DNA from: Octopus bimaculoides
Lineage: Eukaryota
Assembly (NCBI RefSeq): GCF_001194135.2
Contig: NC_068993.1
Span: forward strand, 22,590,241 to 22,638,956
Direction: 5' to 3'
Length of the DNA stretch: 48,716 nucleotides
The notes under the pieces are model-generated. The model searched no databases. It had not been told where the DNA came from and worked only from the letters and a program-made list of their open reading frames with translations. The translations under genes were made by a program, and so were the position numbers. Shown here one piece after another: positions 13,146-27,264 of this stretch; the stretch's first letter is position 1; the number at the start of each line of letters is the position of its first letter.

Positions 13146-13302
13146 CGCCAGGCAAAATGCTTTCAAATTCTGATGAGGTTGACTTTAACTTTCATCCTTG
13201 TGGGTTCGATAAATTAAGTACTAGTTAAGCACTGGGGTCAGTGTAATTGACTTGACCACTCCCCCGAATTTGCTGCCCGTTTGCCAAAATTTGAAACCAA
13301 TA
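13146..13302 (+). mobile_element. SINE family A, internally deleted copy
   Basis: Contains gactttaactttcatccttgtgggttcgataaattaagtac and the tail gccaaaatttgaaacca. Confidence 0.7.
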
Positions 13303-13315
13303 TCTGTACACCTAT

Positions 13316-13527
13316 AAGGAGGCGAGCTTGCAGAACCGTTGGTACGCCGGCCGTAGTGCTTAGTGTTATTTCATCCGTTTTTACGTTCAGCGTTCAAATT
13401 CCGCCGGGGTCGACTTTCATTCTTTCGGGGTTGACAAAATAAGTACCATATGAACACTGTCGTCAATGTAATCGATTTGACCCGTCCCCCGAAATTGCTG
13501 GTCTTGTGCCAAAATTTGAAATCATTA
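13316..13527 (+). mobile_element. SINE family A, full-length diverged copy
   Basis: Head taaggaggcgagcttgcagaaccgttgg, B-box-like cgttcaaattcc and tail gtcttgtgccaaaatttgaaatc. Confidence 0.8.
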
Positions 13528-14035
13528 TGTGTGCAAGTATACGCTTATCGTTATAAGTAGAAGCATACGTGCCTTTTTAGCAAGTTCGCAAATACTCTAT
13601 CATAGCTTTGGTTATAGATGAAACCCTCTTTCAACACTTTTATTCATCTGGACATCTTTTACATTACATCAAATCTCGCATTAGTTATATAGTTTTAAAT
13701 TAACATTATAGAATATCATCGAGAAAGTTGCTTGGGCATTGTGGATGCTTTGAAGCATGTAGCTCAGCAATCAACTCCACTTACTTTAAAAATACATCAA
13801 CAAAGGGTCTTAAAGTAGTTTATCAGCCTGTTAGGAACAACATCAAAATCACACTCAAACCGCGTTCTAAAAAATGACTTTCTAAAATTAGAGAACCTTT
13901 TTGGAAATGCAGTTCTGAAAGTGCAAAAGAGAGGATTGCCATGAATAGCAAGTCTTTTATCCTTTCTTTCATAATGTGTGCTCGATTATGTTTATCTTGG
14001 AATCACGCCTGAACGTCTCTCATCATATTATTCTA

Positions 14036-14450
14036 TCTTTTATCTTTTCCTTGTTTCAGACATTAGACTGCGGTCACCACCTTCAAGAATTTTTATCCGA
14101 ATGAATCGACCCTATTACTTTGTTTCTTAAGCCTGATACTGATTAAATCAGTTATTTTTCTTTGAACCGCTATGTAACAGGGACGTAAACACACCAACAT
14201 GGGTTAAAAACGGTGGTGGTGGAAGGCAAAGACAGACACGAATACACACAAACAAACAAACACGCACACTCAAACACACAAACATACACGCCCCCCCACA
14301 CACATACATACTACAGGCTTCTTTCACGTGCAAGGTTTTGGTCGGTCCGAGGCTATAGTAGAATAGACTTGCTCATGATGCCACGCAATGGAATTAAACC
14401 CGAAACCATGTGGTTAGGAAGCAAGTTTAATTACAATACAGCCGCGCTTG
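14036..14450 (-). mobile_element. SINE family B, near full length with an internal (CA/TG) tract
   Basis: The head is at the 14450 end, followed by the microsatellite middle and the tail gaccgcagtctaatgtctgaaacaaggaaaagataaaa. Homologous to 18812-19120. Confidence 0.8.
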
Positions 14451-15180
14451 TTTGAAGATTAGAGCAGATTTGGGCGAAACGACCTCAAAAATGAAGACTT
14501 TATCTTTTACTCTCCTTATCCAGACACAACTCAAGATCTACCAGAAATATTATGCTGCTATTCCAATTCCCTGGGCCGCTTTAAAAGCTGAAAGCTTCAC
14601 ATAACAACAATTAGCTGCAACAATACGATTTTAAATGCGACTGCCTTTAGCAAGAATATGAACATGTCAACTCCTACCAAGTTGCCTAGAGTGATGACAG
14701 CGCCTCCTTAGAAAACCTATTTCCAACAAATCAAATTTTAGAAACAAGTTTAAAGTGTCTTGCCAAATCATTTATATGTCTACTTGATGTCTCAACAGAT
14801 CCAAACACACATTTGCACGCACGCACACACACAAAACACCCATACCCACATACAGATACGTACATACTTAAAAGGCATACACACATGTTCGCAACACGTG
14901 TACTGTTGTAACACCCCTGTTGCAATCGACTATAAGTTTATATTACATGCATATAATTACCCCGACTTTAAGGAGAGGAGTCATACAGTAATTCGTGATT
15001 TAGATATGTAAAGCGGTATTTACTATCTTTCTTACTTCCATCCTTCCATCATCAACATCATCATCTCTCTTTCTCTCTATCTCTCTCTCTCTATCTCTAT
15101 CTATCTATCTATCTATTTGTCTGTCTGTATTTCTGTCTGCCTGTCTGTCTATCTACTTTTCTGCCTATCTGTTTGTCAAC

Positions 15181-15247
<67 letters not shown>

Positions 15248-16527
15248 AATTCAAAAAGGGATAAAACTCTTTTACAAGAATTTTATCAAGAAGCCAGTGT
15301 GTAAAAAGATTCATAAGGGAAATTTCTATTCCCAAGAATATAATTATTCGATATATGAGTGTGTGTATATATANNNNNNNNNNNNNNNNNNNNNNNNNNN
15401 NNNNNNNNNNNNNNNNNNNNNNNNNNNNNNNNNNNNNNNNNNNNNNNNNNNNNNNNNNNNNNNNNNNNNNNNNNNNNNNNNNNNNCACACACACACATTA
15501 CTACATTCATAATATATACACACAATGCTTGATTCATAATATATACCCACTCACACATATGAATCCACACGCACGCATACACAGACACGCCTACACGGAT
15601 ATCACTGGAAGGGAAGTAATATGAGTATGCATAGTGACGGACAAATCATTTTACGTACGTTACAGTCAATATTTCAATAAAATCTTGAAACCATTTCATG
15701 ATTAAATTAGTTTGGAAAGTATTTAACGTATTCTAAATAAAACGTCCACTTTACTTAGAGAAGCGAGATACCTGCTTGTATAAATGTTTATAAAATTGCT
15801 AAGGAAAGAGGAAAAAAAGTTAACGGAATAACAAAATATACTAAAAGTGTGTTTTTAATCTATGCTTGATTTACACAAAAGTGCCCAACGTACGTATTCA
15901 TATACGTACATACATATGTGTATGTATGTGTGCATATACATATATGATACTATATGTATATACATTAGTCCGTGTGCGCATATATAAATATATATATANN
16001 NNNNNNNNNNNNNNNNNNNNNNNNNNNNNNNNNNNNNNNNNNNNNNNNNNNNNNNNNNNNNNNNNNNNNNNNNNNNNNNNNNNNNNNNNNNNNNNNNNNN
16101 NNNNNNNNNNNNNNNNNNNNNNNNNNNNNNNNNNNNNNNNNNNNNNNNNNNNNNNNNNNNNNNNNNNNNNNNNNNNNNNNNNNNNNNNNNNNNNNNNNNN
16201 NNNNNNNNNNNNNNNNNNNNNNNNNNNNNNNNNNNNNNNNNNNNNNNNNNNNNNNNNNNNNNNNNNNNNNNNNNNNNNNNNNNNNNNNNNNNNNNNNNNN
16301 NNNNNNNNNNNNNNNNNNNNNNNNNNNNNNNNNNNNNNNNNNNNNNNNNNNNNNNNNNNNNNNNNNNNNNNNNNNNNNNNNNNNNATATATAAATAAATA
16401 TGTATACATATACGTATATACATGTATATATATACACATATATATATATATATATATATGCATATACACACACACAGACACATTTATAATATATCTATAT
16501 ATGTGTGTATGCGTGTTAATGCATTTT

Positions 16528-16564
<37 letters not shown>

Positions 16565-16776
16565 TATATTTTTAGGTATGTATGTGTAGCTATGTATATC
16601 TGTGAGTGAGATCCGTATGAATACGTCTGCTACATGTATATATGAGTATGTATGTAGGAACAGAAAGAGTTTAGTTCCACTTCAAACAGACGTTCCAGTT
16701 TCCTGGAGACGAGAAATCTGCAGTAAACACTCATGACTACAATTTCACAACGGATAGATTTTTATGTCAGTCATTC

Positions 16777-16810
<34 letters not shown>

Positions 16811-18015
16811 GAAAAAACAGTATTTCTACAACATTGGTAAGAGTACCAATCACAACAACAACTACACTACCATCAATCAAAGCAACCCATTACGAAAACA
16901 ACAGCAATAACAACAATAAGCAATCAATTAATAAGCCATAATAAAACTTTAAACGATAGGAAAGAATCTGTTATTAAGTATTTCTATTCCTTTGAATGGA
17001 AGATTTCCAAGAAATTGCTTTTAAAATTTCTCTCATAATTTTCTTAGAATTTTTACTTTGAAAACTTTGCGGATCTTTTCGTCTTTGGCCGCTCTACTTC
17101 ACAAACGATTGACCATTGCCTGGCAATTTTACTGTTCTGTGCTGTATTGACCGAGGCAATTTAGTCTTGAATTAAAGTCAATACAATATCCCGGCATGTT
17201 AGCAAACTATCATTTACAATGTTTGTTTAGAGACATGTCATATTTAATTAAAGCAATAGAAATCTAATTTTCACAAATGAGGATGAAAAAAAAAACTGTA
17301 ATATAAATAACTTAATCATTTTCATAGACGTATGAGAAACGAAAATTTAACGAAGGAATGAAAACTGATATGAGGAACATTTATTAAAGTAACAAAGGGA
17401 TTTTTCTGACGTACATATTAATCTTGTTTAACTTTAAATATTTGAATTGTTATGCCTGGCTAAAATAATTGAAATGTCTCACAAGANNNNNNNNNNNNNN
17501 NNNNNNNNNNNNNNNNNNNNNNNNNNNNNNNNNNNNNNNNNNNNNNNNNNNNNNNNNNNNNNNNNNNNNNNNNNNNNNNNNNNNNNNNNNNNNNNNNNNN
17601 NNNNNNNNNNNNNNNNNNNNNNNNNNNNNNNNNNNNNNNNNNNNNNNNNNNNNNNNNNNNNNNNNNNNNNNNNNNNNNNNNNNNNNNNNNNNNNNNNNNN
17701 NNNNNNNNNNNNNATATGAGGAACATTTATTAAAGTAACAAAGGGATTTTTCTGACGTACATATTAATCTTGTTTAACTTTAAATATTTGAATTGTTATG
17801 CCTGGCTAAAATAATTGAAATGTCTCACAAGAAAATAGTGAATAGTTCAGTACAATTTTCTTCCAAGCTCAATAAAATATGCCTCTTTTCCCGGGTAAGC
17901 CTGTTTGCAAACAACTTTGCAAAGTGTCATAATGATCATAAATCGTAGATTGATTCTAATATTTGCAGTGTTAAAATATTCACAATCTTTCATACCAATT
18001 TATAGACGTTAGACG

Positions 18016-18232
18016 GGTGCAGCAAGATGCAAAAGTTGTTAAAGCGTCGGACTAAGTGCTTTGCGGAATTACTTTCGGCTTTACGTTATGCGTTCAAATG
18101 CCCCGGTGGTCGACTTTACCGTTCGTCCTTTCACGGTTGATCAAAGAAGTAACAGCTGAGCACTGGGGTCAATGTAATCGACTGGCGCCCCACCCCACGA
18201 CAATTTCAGGCCTTGTGCCTATAGGGAATATA
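18016..18232 (+). mobile_element. SINE family A, diverged copy
   Basis: Contains cgttcaaatgccccggtggtcgactttacc, cactggggtcaatgtaatcgact and ttcaggccttgtgcctatag. Confidence 0.7.
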
Positions 18233-18811
18233 ATTTATCGACGGGAGATATTTGTAGTGGTCTTTAGAAGGGATATAATGCTGTCAGCCTTTATAATTTC
18301 GCTGGCAGATTAAGAACAAAAACAATTTAATCTGATGTTTGAATAATTACTGAACTCAGTTTCAATTAATTGGTCTCTTCCAGAGAGGTAATATATACAA
18401 GTGGTAACGAATTTTAAATGACTGGAAGATAAGAAGACAGCTGTTTATATCTTGATACATTCACGTTAAACAGATAACAAGTGGATTGATTCCTGGTTTA
18501 CCATCCCGACCAAAGGACAAAATCAATATTCAATTATTAATAAGTTATCATGAGATATCAAAACTTTTAATATATCCCTTCATTACGGTTGAAATTTTAA
18601 TTAAATTTTGGGCTCATTAACTATTTTTGTCCCCATTGAAATATATCATAGGGTGCATATGCGTATGTATGTGAGTAAGCGTGTGTGTGTACGAACGCGC
18701 CTGTTTGTTTTAGACTCGTTATTTTAATTAAGATATGCAACGATACGTCTGCAGTGGATAAGAACTCGAAACCTAGGGGCTAGTAATATAACACGTAATG
18801 TTAATTTTTGT

Positions 18812-19120
18812 CTTTTATTTCTTTCAGACTGTGGCCTTGCTAGGGCACCGCTTTGAAGAATTGTATCGGACCCAGTACTTTTTTTTTTAACCTGGTACTT
18901 ATTCTATCTGTCTCTTTTGCCGAACCACGAAGTTACGGAGACGTAAACGCACCATCATCGGCTGTAAAGCGTTTATGGAGGACACGACCACATACATATA
19001 TAAGACGCGTTTCTTTCAGTTATCTTCTAACAAATACATTTACAAAACTTTGCACGCAGTGGGAGTGAACCACGAACCATCTGTTTGAGAAGCAAGCTTC
19101 TTACCATAGAGCCACGCCTA
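18812..19120 (-). mobile_element. SINE family B copy
   Basis: Homologous to 14036-14450 (agcaagcttcttaccatagagccacgcc head and cagactgtggccttgctagggcaccgc tail). Confidence 0.8.
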
Positions 19121-21739
19121 CGCCTACGCCTATATTTACTTTTTTTATTATACGAAAGAAAGGAGATAAAAGTCAATTTTATTGCTAATTGAATTTTTAT
19201 ACTTAAAGTAAAACCTGACCTTTAATAGCAGGTGACCCGTTAGTTATAAGACATCACTAGCAAATTTTTAAAGTTGCTTTAATCAAGACATTGTCCTGTA
19301 ACTTATAAATAAAGTTATGGAGCAGCATTGGTCAACAGAATTTGCATTATTACAGAAAGTAAACTATAGGAAATAATTAAAATGCACCAATTACTTGAAT
19401 TTAGACAGTTAATGAAGGTGGAAATTAATTATTCGACTTTTAGATTCCAAATGAATNNNNNNNNNNNNNNNNNNNNNNNNNNNNNNNNNNNNNNNNNNNN
19501 NNNNNNNNNNNNNNNNNNNNNNNNNNNNNNNNTATATATATATAAGCTAGAAGAAATTGTTGACAAATCTAAAAAAAAAAATAGGGAGCTAATTTTAATA
19601 ATTACGTAACTTTTTAAAAGCTCTCAATTTTACAGTAACACACACACACACACATATACATACACGCAATCACATACACACGCACACACATAGACATTCG
19701 CAGACACAGATGGCTGTGGGCGCTCACACACTGATACACAGTACTAGCGCTATAATCCCATATCACAGTCTCTCAATGTGTAATTTGATGTTGCTGGTGC
19801 TGCGATTTACATGATATAGAAGTTTAGTTCTGCTTCACTCTATTTCTAGAGGTAAAGTGTTAAGTTGACTCAAAGACCTTCAAGCAAACAATTTTGTTGT
19901 AGTTTATAGACATGCAGGGAAGAACTGATGTCAGACCCGCACGACAAATCATATTATAATTCTGTTATTGAGTGCAATTCTAGTGAAGCTTATTTGCATG
20001 ATCTGGAGGTGGCGGAGGAAGTGTACGTGCCCCTAGAGACTGGTTTTTCTAGTCAACAGCTGAAAGACGAAAAAAAAAGATAAAAAAAAAGAAAAACATG
20101 GGTAGGAAGTGAATTCCAGTGAACTGATATTTTGAGAAGAAAGAACAAGCTGCACATTGAGGTTTAGAGGACACTGTAGATATTGTTGAAAGGCAGGGAG
20201 AAGACACAGCATACCTGTGGTCCAGTGGTTAAAGTGTATAAGTAAGCGCTCACAAGACAATCCTTCGATTGTTGTCCTTTCTTTTTTTACGTTAGCAAGG
20301 GTGCCTAGCGAATATATCTATAAAACAATCGTTTCTAGTTGCAATTCACTCGAATATGTTTATTGGATAAATAATGGTATAGCGATAAATTAAAAGGGAA
20401 CTACAGATGTAAGAATATCGAAGTCGTTCAGAAGAAATGTTCACTATAAATGCACCAAGATTCTGTCGTCTAATGAATGACAATATCTATTGTGTCGAAT
20501 GAAAGACGACTGTTATCAACTTTTGAATATGCAGCTGAATAGATACATTACTTTTCATGACATTATTCTGGTTTTGTAATTATTTTATTTCCGAGAAAGG
20601 AATTTTTCATGACTTTATGCATTCATTTTCTGAATCAAATAGAATTGATATACCATTCAATATTAAGATTTGTCATCTTGCTGATAAATGCCATCTAGTA
20701 CTTGTCACGTCTTCCTTAACATTTCTGGCTTATAATTTTTTTTTTCATAGTTCAGGCTTGATAATAAGCTTTATGCATAATGTCAGCAGGCCTCCTGAGA
20801 CCAGTGAGTTTTATTCGATATATTTTTAAGGTTGCCATCTGCAGAAAAGGTGAGTAATGAAAAAATATTGAAGGGTTGACGATCAAAGAAAGAATGATTG
20901 CACGAATTAGTAAGAAGAAAAACCGAGAATGCCAGAACGTGAAGAGATGGGTTAGTATTGGTAGAGTAAGTAGTTAACTAGGTGGTTTAGGTGAGCAGAA
21001 AGTTTTATATTAGCTATGGAATAAACAGAGATAAAGCAGCAAGTTCGTCGAAAGGCAGTTTCTATCATCCACTCAGATGGTCATATTTTAGATGAGGTCT
21101 AGGATGTTTCTCTGTCAGCAAACAGCATTGTCTCAAATGTGAATACACTACACTATTCAGGCGAGTAATTAGCTTTGCAGATGTTTCGTAACTATTCAGA
21201 GCTGAAGATTTGTCTGGTCTTGAAGAGAGACACATTAGTGTTCGGTATATAGTGCTTTGCTATGTTATGTAAATCACTATGAAAGAGCAGACATCAGTGA
21301 TCAACATCTGTAGCGATTTTGAGGACTTTTAGTAGCGCTTTGCCCATTATTAGAAAGAGCAAGGAAAATGATCACTTTCAGGTGTCATATCTTGATCTCT
21401 TGGTTGGAACAAAGTTATACACTTGGTGGGATTGGTAAATTAAACTTTGTGTAACAATACTAACGAGTGCGTATGTATGTGTGTGTGTATGCGCGTGTAA
21501 TGCATTGTACGCAGTGTACAAAACTTTGAAAATGGAATTAGTGGGATGTGAATAGATATTACGATGTACAATCGAAGGATATGTCATTATTGTTTATTAT
21601 GCAAACATTTACAAATCATCTCACGTTCAATCACTAGCAGTTCAAGAAATGCTGATATATTTAGCAATGCGTAGGAAATGCATGTCCTGTGAGTGACAAG
21701 GATGCTGATTAGATGGGACAATTTAGAGGAAAACATCAT

Positions 21740-22370
21740 TGTAGTAGTAGTGAACTGCAACCGGCTCGTTGTTGCTGTGTGCTGTTATATCTGTGATGAT
21801 GGTAGAGGCTGTAATCCTCCACCATTATCAACTAGGTTAGTTCAACATCACATGACCATATCAGCATACCATCTCGCTCTCCAACTCACTACATCTGATC
21901 CTCTCAGGTCATGTGTGCTCTTTAATTGATGTACACTAACATTCCACACATAATGAAGCATGCTAAACTTTCTTTCGAGGAACAGCGCATCTTACACAAT
22001 CACTGCTCGTCCTTTGCTACTATGCAGTATTGTACTTTGTACTTTGTACAAATGTATCATACGATGTAACTTTCCCTTGAAGAAAGACTCCATTAATTTT
22101 CAGTAGAGGTAATATCTCCTTGAGGTTTTCCATTCAATTTTACTTCATTTACTATACTTTTAAGCACCTTCTGTTCACTGTTAATTTAGATATATAGGTA
22201 ACTTAAATTATCTACTACTTATAAAAAGCCTTTTGAGCGTTTGATTTATTTACTAGGGTTCTGATTCCTCACTGTTCTTACACATCTGTCACATACATAG
22301 CCTTATTCACTGTCAGCCTACAATTGACACCAATACACCCATAGTTAACATTAGAACCGCCCTATAAAGT
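21740..22370 (-). mobile_element. RTE-clade LINE 3' fragment (copy 2)
   Basis: Minus strand reads RCIGVNCRLT, VVDNLSYL and further relics collinear with 22400-23150, extending to a degenerate WYGHV-type motif. Confidence 0.6.
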
Positions 22371-22399
22371 TCCTATGTATTCCTTTTCTGCACATCTTA

Positions 22400-23150
22400 T
22401 TTTCAGTCATTTCCCCGGTAGAAGCAAGGGCCCTGTCTTGTCTCCTGAGAGTTTTGGTTTTATCAAATTCACTCTGAGGTTTCTTTCTTCTATATCACTT
22501 TTCCGATGCTCATTTAAATTACTCATTCATCAGAGGAAGCTTGCTTCTTTTCTCTTTGGTTTTTGCTCATCCACTACAATCAATGTCCAGTTTCAATATT
22601 AAGAAAATTTGCAATACCAACACAAGCAATGCTCAATCTCCCCTACGCTTTAAAAGAGACTATTTTTGTTGCCATTAGATATAATTGTTCCCCGAACTTT
22701 TACGACTCTCTTCTTATTTTAGCTACTGCACTTTCAGAACACCTTCTTTCAAGCAATCAGCTGTATATTTGCTACATGCAAAGTACATTTTTAGCCTCTG
22801 TAATCTCATTGCATCTCATTTGTTTCTATAACTGACATTGGGTACAGAATATGGCTTCGTGCCTACTTCTCATCTATGTAAGCATGACCATTTCACAAAT
22901 GCCAGCATAATCTTGTCTTTTGTTTCCAAGTAACAAAAACTTTTGTCTTTGTTAGGTTTATTTAAGACCCCTTGATTTTAGGTTTTGATTCCACATATCT
23001 GAAATGATTTCCTTGACAGATTCAGCTTTGATAATTAAGCCACCAGCATACAGAAGAAACAACTGGTCTTAACCTCTCCTGAAAATGACATGTGATTATG
23101 CCGTTATGCTGATGGATGACAATATGGTATTGTATACCTAACAGACAATG
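22400..23150 (-). mobile_element. RTE-clade LINE RT/thumb fragment with a Cys-rich insert (copy 1)
   Basis: LLYAGGLIIKAESVKE (degenerate YADD), WNQNLKSRGLK*NLTKTKV, IFCTQCQL, GCSESAVAKIR and ETWTL, in the expected order. Confidence 0.8.
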
Positions 23151-23445
23151 TAAATCGCCTAAGAAGGCAATGTACATTTATTGTGAGGTATCAGTGTTAC
23201 AAGTGGGTGACAACCTCTTTTGTTGAGAAATTTCAAGCAGAGTACAAACAATTAAATGGCAGAACTAAGTCATTAGTTCACTATTTTGTGATTTTCTGTA
23301 TTTGTACTGGAAATATTATCTGCTGAAATAATGTCTACACAAAGATTTTCCTGTCATATTTTTGTAATTACTCATAATATATACAAGAGAGGGCAATCAA
23401 AGTTAAATTATAAGAACTATATTTTACCTATCTAACACACGGATC

Positions 23446-24378
23446 AGATTTCAAAATGACCACCACTTGCTTTGCTCATAGCCTGTGAACGTATGGTTAC
23501 TGAACTGTAACAGTCTTGCACCACTGTTTCGTCAATTTTACTCCATGTAAGTAAGGAGGGCTTCTTTCAGATCCACCACACTTGGGTATGAGACAGCTGA
23601 GACATCAGTCTCTAAGACAGACCAATCGGAAAACTCCATAGGCTAGATGTCTGTCTGGGCGTGAGGGACACCACAAGTTCTTGTCTGCAAAACAGGAAAA
23701 ATGCTCTCTGCAGCATTTTTTTCGTAAAATCCGAGGTGTGGGCCGGGGTACTGTCCTGAGTGAAGATATACCTGTTTCTAAATGTTTCATTTAACCAAGG
23801 TACTACTTTCTCTTCCAACATTTTGATGTAAACTGTGCTATTCCCATTAACACCCTCGTAAATAAAGATGAAAGGAGACTTGATCCATACGATGCTACAG
23901 CATCCCACACCATAACCCCAGCTCATTTTTGACGACGAAAATGGGTTTGGCTCTTTTCCGGCAAATCTTACGGATCACTATCATCCAGTCAGTTGTTCTG
24001 TTTGTTCGTAACAACCTCCAAAGTGAAGATCTCGTCAATCTAAATGAAGATTTTGTGGGGCCCTTCCTCTCCGCTAACATAACTTCCCTATTTCGAGCCG
24101 TTTCTTCTTTGAAACTGCTGAAATTACTTGTCCGGCTCGATTCCTTTTTGTATGCCTTTAGCCTAAAATCATCTTTAGCAATCCTGTGCATTGAAGAATT
24201 TGAAATATTAAGCACTCTTCCTATAATTTCGCATGCTTCGACGCTGATTCCAGTGAGCTCTTTTTCTCACAGTATCAATCACAAGTTTGATGCGAACAGT
24301 TCTTTTACTCCCTAGAATTTGCTTCTTTGATGTGATGCCAGATTAACTGTAACGTTTCCAGACAATTATACACCCTCT
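23446..24378 (-). mobile_element. Decayed Tc1/mariner-superfamily transposon, DD37D/maT-like
   Basis: DEIFTLEVVTNKQN, GVMVWDAVAS, SPFIFIYEGVNGNSTVYIKMLEEKVVPWL, YIFTQDSTPAHTS and C-terminal ASGGHFE. A TIR-like end caattatacaccctc|TTA lies near 24362-24378. The second TIR is not clear. Confidence 0.85.
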
Positions 24379-25374
24379 TACAATACAGATTGAGTTGTTT
24401 TGCAACATCTTTCTTAGATTCTCCTGCTGATTTTAATGCAACAATTTTATCACGTTTAACTGACAAAATTATTATAGGCACAAAAAGCTATAAACACTTA
24501 AAGCTTATCACTTATTCACTTGGCACAATCAAAAATATAACTGCTTTATCCAATAATTTTCAAGAAAATTTAATTGATGCGTGACGTTGCAGTCATCTTT
24601 GTCAGATGTATCCACAATGAATAGAAATCGTATCCATCTAGCAATGAACAAGAGATACGTTGTCTTGGTATTCATTGGAAATCTACAATAAGAGAAACCA
24701 CAAGAGGTCGAGAAACGTCATTAGATTCTATCTGCAAATTTTCTCGATGTTAATGCTGTTGTATAATGATACCGTTGTTTTGCTCCTGGTCGACTCTAAC
24801 TTTGAAAACAAAACATATTCCAAACGTAACACCGTATTTAGAGGTACTAAGAATTAGATTAAGATGTGATTTAAGTGAGACATGTCTGTTATATTTAGCA
24901 GATCGAATAATCATGCAAAACCTACCATCTTGGCTCGAAATAAGCGAAGCCTAAAAAATAGAAATTTAATTGATAATATCTCTCTTCTTTAATGCATCTG
25001 AATTATTTTGCGCTACTTCCATGCTTTCGGAAGCTTCTTATTCTTAAGTAACCTTTGAAATATCATCTGGATTAGTTTTGGAAAAGTTCTTCGAACATGT
25101 GTTTAGGAAACCTGAGTTGATGTCGACATAAAGAAAATAAAACAAATGGATATAACTATTTCATGTATATCATGTATTTATTTTCATTTTATTTACCTTT
25201 ACACTGACCTTTAACTTTTAGTTATGTGTTATTTTATTTTTTTTTATATTCATTACTTACGAAATCTTGTTACTTTCTCACACCAGTGTGGTTTACGTCA
25301 CAGGGGGAAAATTGATTTTTATACAGAAACGCAGATACACACATACGCACATATGGACACACATATATGAATAC

Positions 25375-25411
<37 letters not shown>

Positions 25412-26269
25412 TTATATATATGTATATATATACTGTACGTATCTACACAAAAAATGCATAGATATAGCACTGCACACGCACAGACACATGTGTATATAGT
25501 GTATGTACAGTATATATTTATATGTATGTACTTTCACATATATATGCGTTTACTCATAAAAATATATTCATCTATTTGTATATCTATCTATCTTCGTCTG
25601 ACTCAAGGCATACAAACAAAAACATGTATATTTGGAGAGTACATTTACAAGAGTGTTTGTTCATATTGATTATTATTAATATTGATTAGTATTAATTCTA
25701 ACAGTACCGAAGCTGAAAGCGATACAACTAGAGCGTGATTACAGAGATGCGTACAGCTCAAGGGGGTTATGACACTAAAATTGTTTTAGATGTAGGCTAG
25801 AAATATCGTCTGACATGTAGTTAAATTATAGAAACACATAAAAATATCTATAGATATTTACACAAACACACTCGCTCATACCATACACATGTATAACTAC
25901 ACACACACACATGCAGATACAAGACAGACATACATATTTGTATACATATACACGTGTTCTATTGAAACTGTGCTCCAACAAATAATTTCGATTTTATAAG
26001 TCAACTTAGTTTCAGAAATATTGCTCACACTTAATTTTGATATTAAGCATTCTTTACTCTAAGTGATCATTTCATGTTTTTCTGTTCAACTTCGTATCCA
26101 GATCGTATCAACTTCGTATCAACTTCGTATCAACATTGTATCCTAATCGGGAACGTGAGATTCGAAAAACTAAATGTGAAGTGCCGCTGCAATATCGATA
26201 AACATTTGTCGCCCCTTGAATACTGCTTTGAAGTGGTGGATGTGTCTATGTATATTACACACACACGCG

Positions 26270-26588
26270 CGCGCACTTTGGGTTCAACTGTCGCTGAGGT
26301 CAACTATACATTTCGTGTTTTCCGGATCGTTAAAATAGCGTACAAGCCAAGTATTGCGGTTAAAATAATAAACTAATCTCCACCTAAAAATTTTCAGGCC
26401 GTGTGCCAAAGTTTGAAGCGATTAGCAGGCAGAATTGTTAGCATTTCATCCGTCTTTATCTTCTGAGCTCAAATTTCGATGAAATCAACATTGCCTTTCA
26501 TCCTTTCGGGATCGATGAGATAAGTACTATCAGAACACTGGGATCGATGTAATGAGCTAGCCCCACCCCCCTTCAAAATTCTGGCATT
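26270..26588 (+). mobile_element. Two tandem diverged SINE family A fragments
   Basis: The core motif appears twice (gctgaggtcaactatacatttcg and gcctttcatcctttcgggatcgatgagataagtac), with the tail tttcaggccgtgtgccaaagtttgaa. Confidence 0.65.
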
Positions 26589-26692
26589 ATCACGTACGTA
26601 CAACAAATTAAACTGTTGGAAGAGAAAAACATCGGGCTACAAGTAACCTTAGATGACAAGAACCGTCCTAAGTAATCTAGCTGTCCATAATA

Positions 26693-26693
26693 A

Positions 26694-26758
<65 letters not shown>

Positions 26759-26778
26759 CCATCATCATTGTTATTATT
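26693..26778. repeat. (ATC)n-(ATT)n microsatellite
   Basis: Visible directly. It explains the poly-I and poly-M ORFs. Confidence 0.95.
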
Positions 26779-27230
26779 AGGCGAGAGAGCAGTGCATGCC
26801 ATCGAAGTGACACTGGGATAACGTATACGAAGCCCAGTATACCCATCATAACTTCCCGTCTGATAAGGTTACACCAGGTACATACGTCGCAACCATATAT
26901 GTGCGACACATTGATCTCATTTTCGGATAAGTAGCGCATGACCTTGCAGGTGGAGCCAAGTTAGAATTTTCTTCGTGTTTAATAGCCCATCCTACTCAAA
27001 AGGTCTCTGAATAAGGTTTGTTTAAGGATGTTGAACGAAACATCCATGTTTCCAGAGGTGAATTATTCAGGCCCCAAAGAATTTCTCTCAACACATGGTT
27101 ATGATTCTTTCCACAATTTCTGCTCGTGATCAGAGTTGTACATATTATCAGCCACCAAGGGACATGCTCAGCTGGTTATGGTCAAACAACTGACAAACAA
27201 ATCTGTGGTATAGCAGAATATTTTCTGTAG
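26779..27230. mobile_element. Unclassified non-coding interspersed repeat abutting (TAA)n; its remaining ~110 bp lies inverted at 27548-27657
   Basis: Sharp boundary with the ATT tract and no ORF. I recall it as a common Octopus repeat (not verified). A 12-bp inverted near-duplicate links the two pieces. Confidence 0.55.
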
Positions 27231-27264
27231 ATCAACACGATTTTTTGCACTTCCTGTAGGGATG

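Noticed and set aside
13785-13866. Good minus-strand acceptor and donor pair
   Set aside because: All three frames contain stops. It shows such pairs occur by chance here.
17368-17832. 119-bp direct repeat on both sides of a ~227-N gap
   Set aside because: The copies are identical and abut the gap, typical of an unmerged contig overlap. A short tandem array cannot be fully excluded.
21100-21450. Possible CR1-like RT relic (ISFADVS*LFR, plus strand), and a similar weak relic at 24600-25050 (KLPKAWK*RKII, minus strand)
   Set aside because: Single short motifs without enough collinear support.
26085-26140. Short direct repeats (11-bp caacttcgtat; also 268-300 and 1963-2020)
   Set aside because: These are local slippage duplications with no unique spacers, not CRISPR-like.
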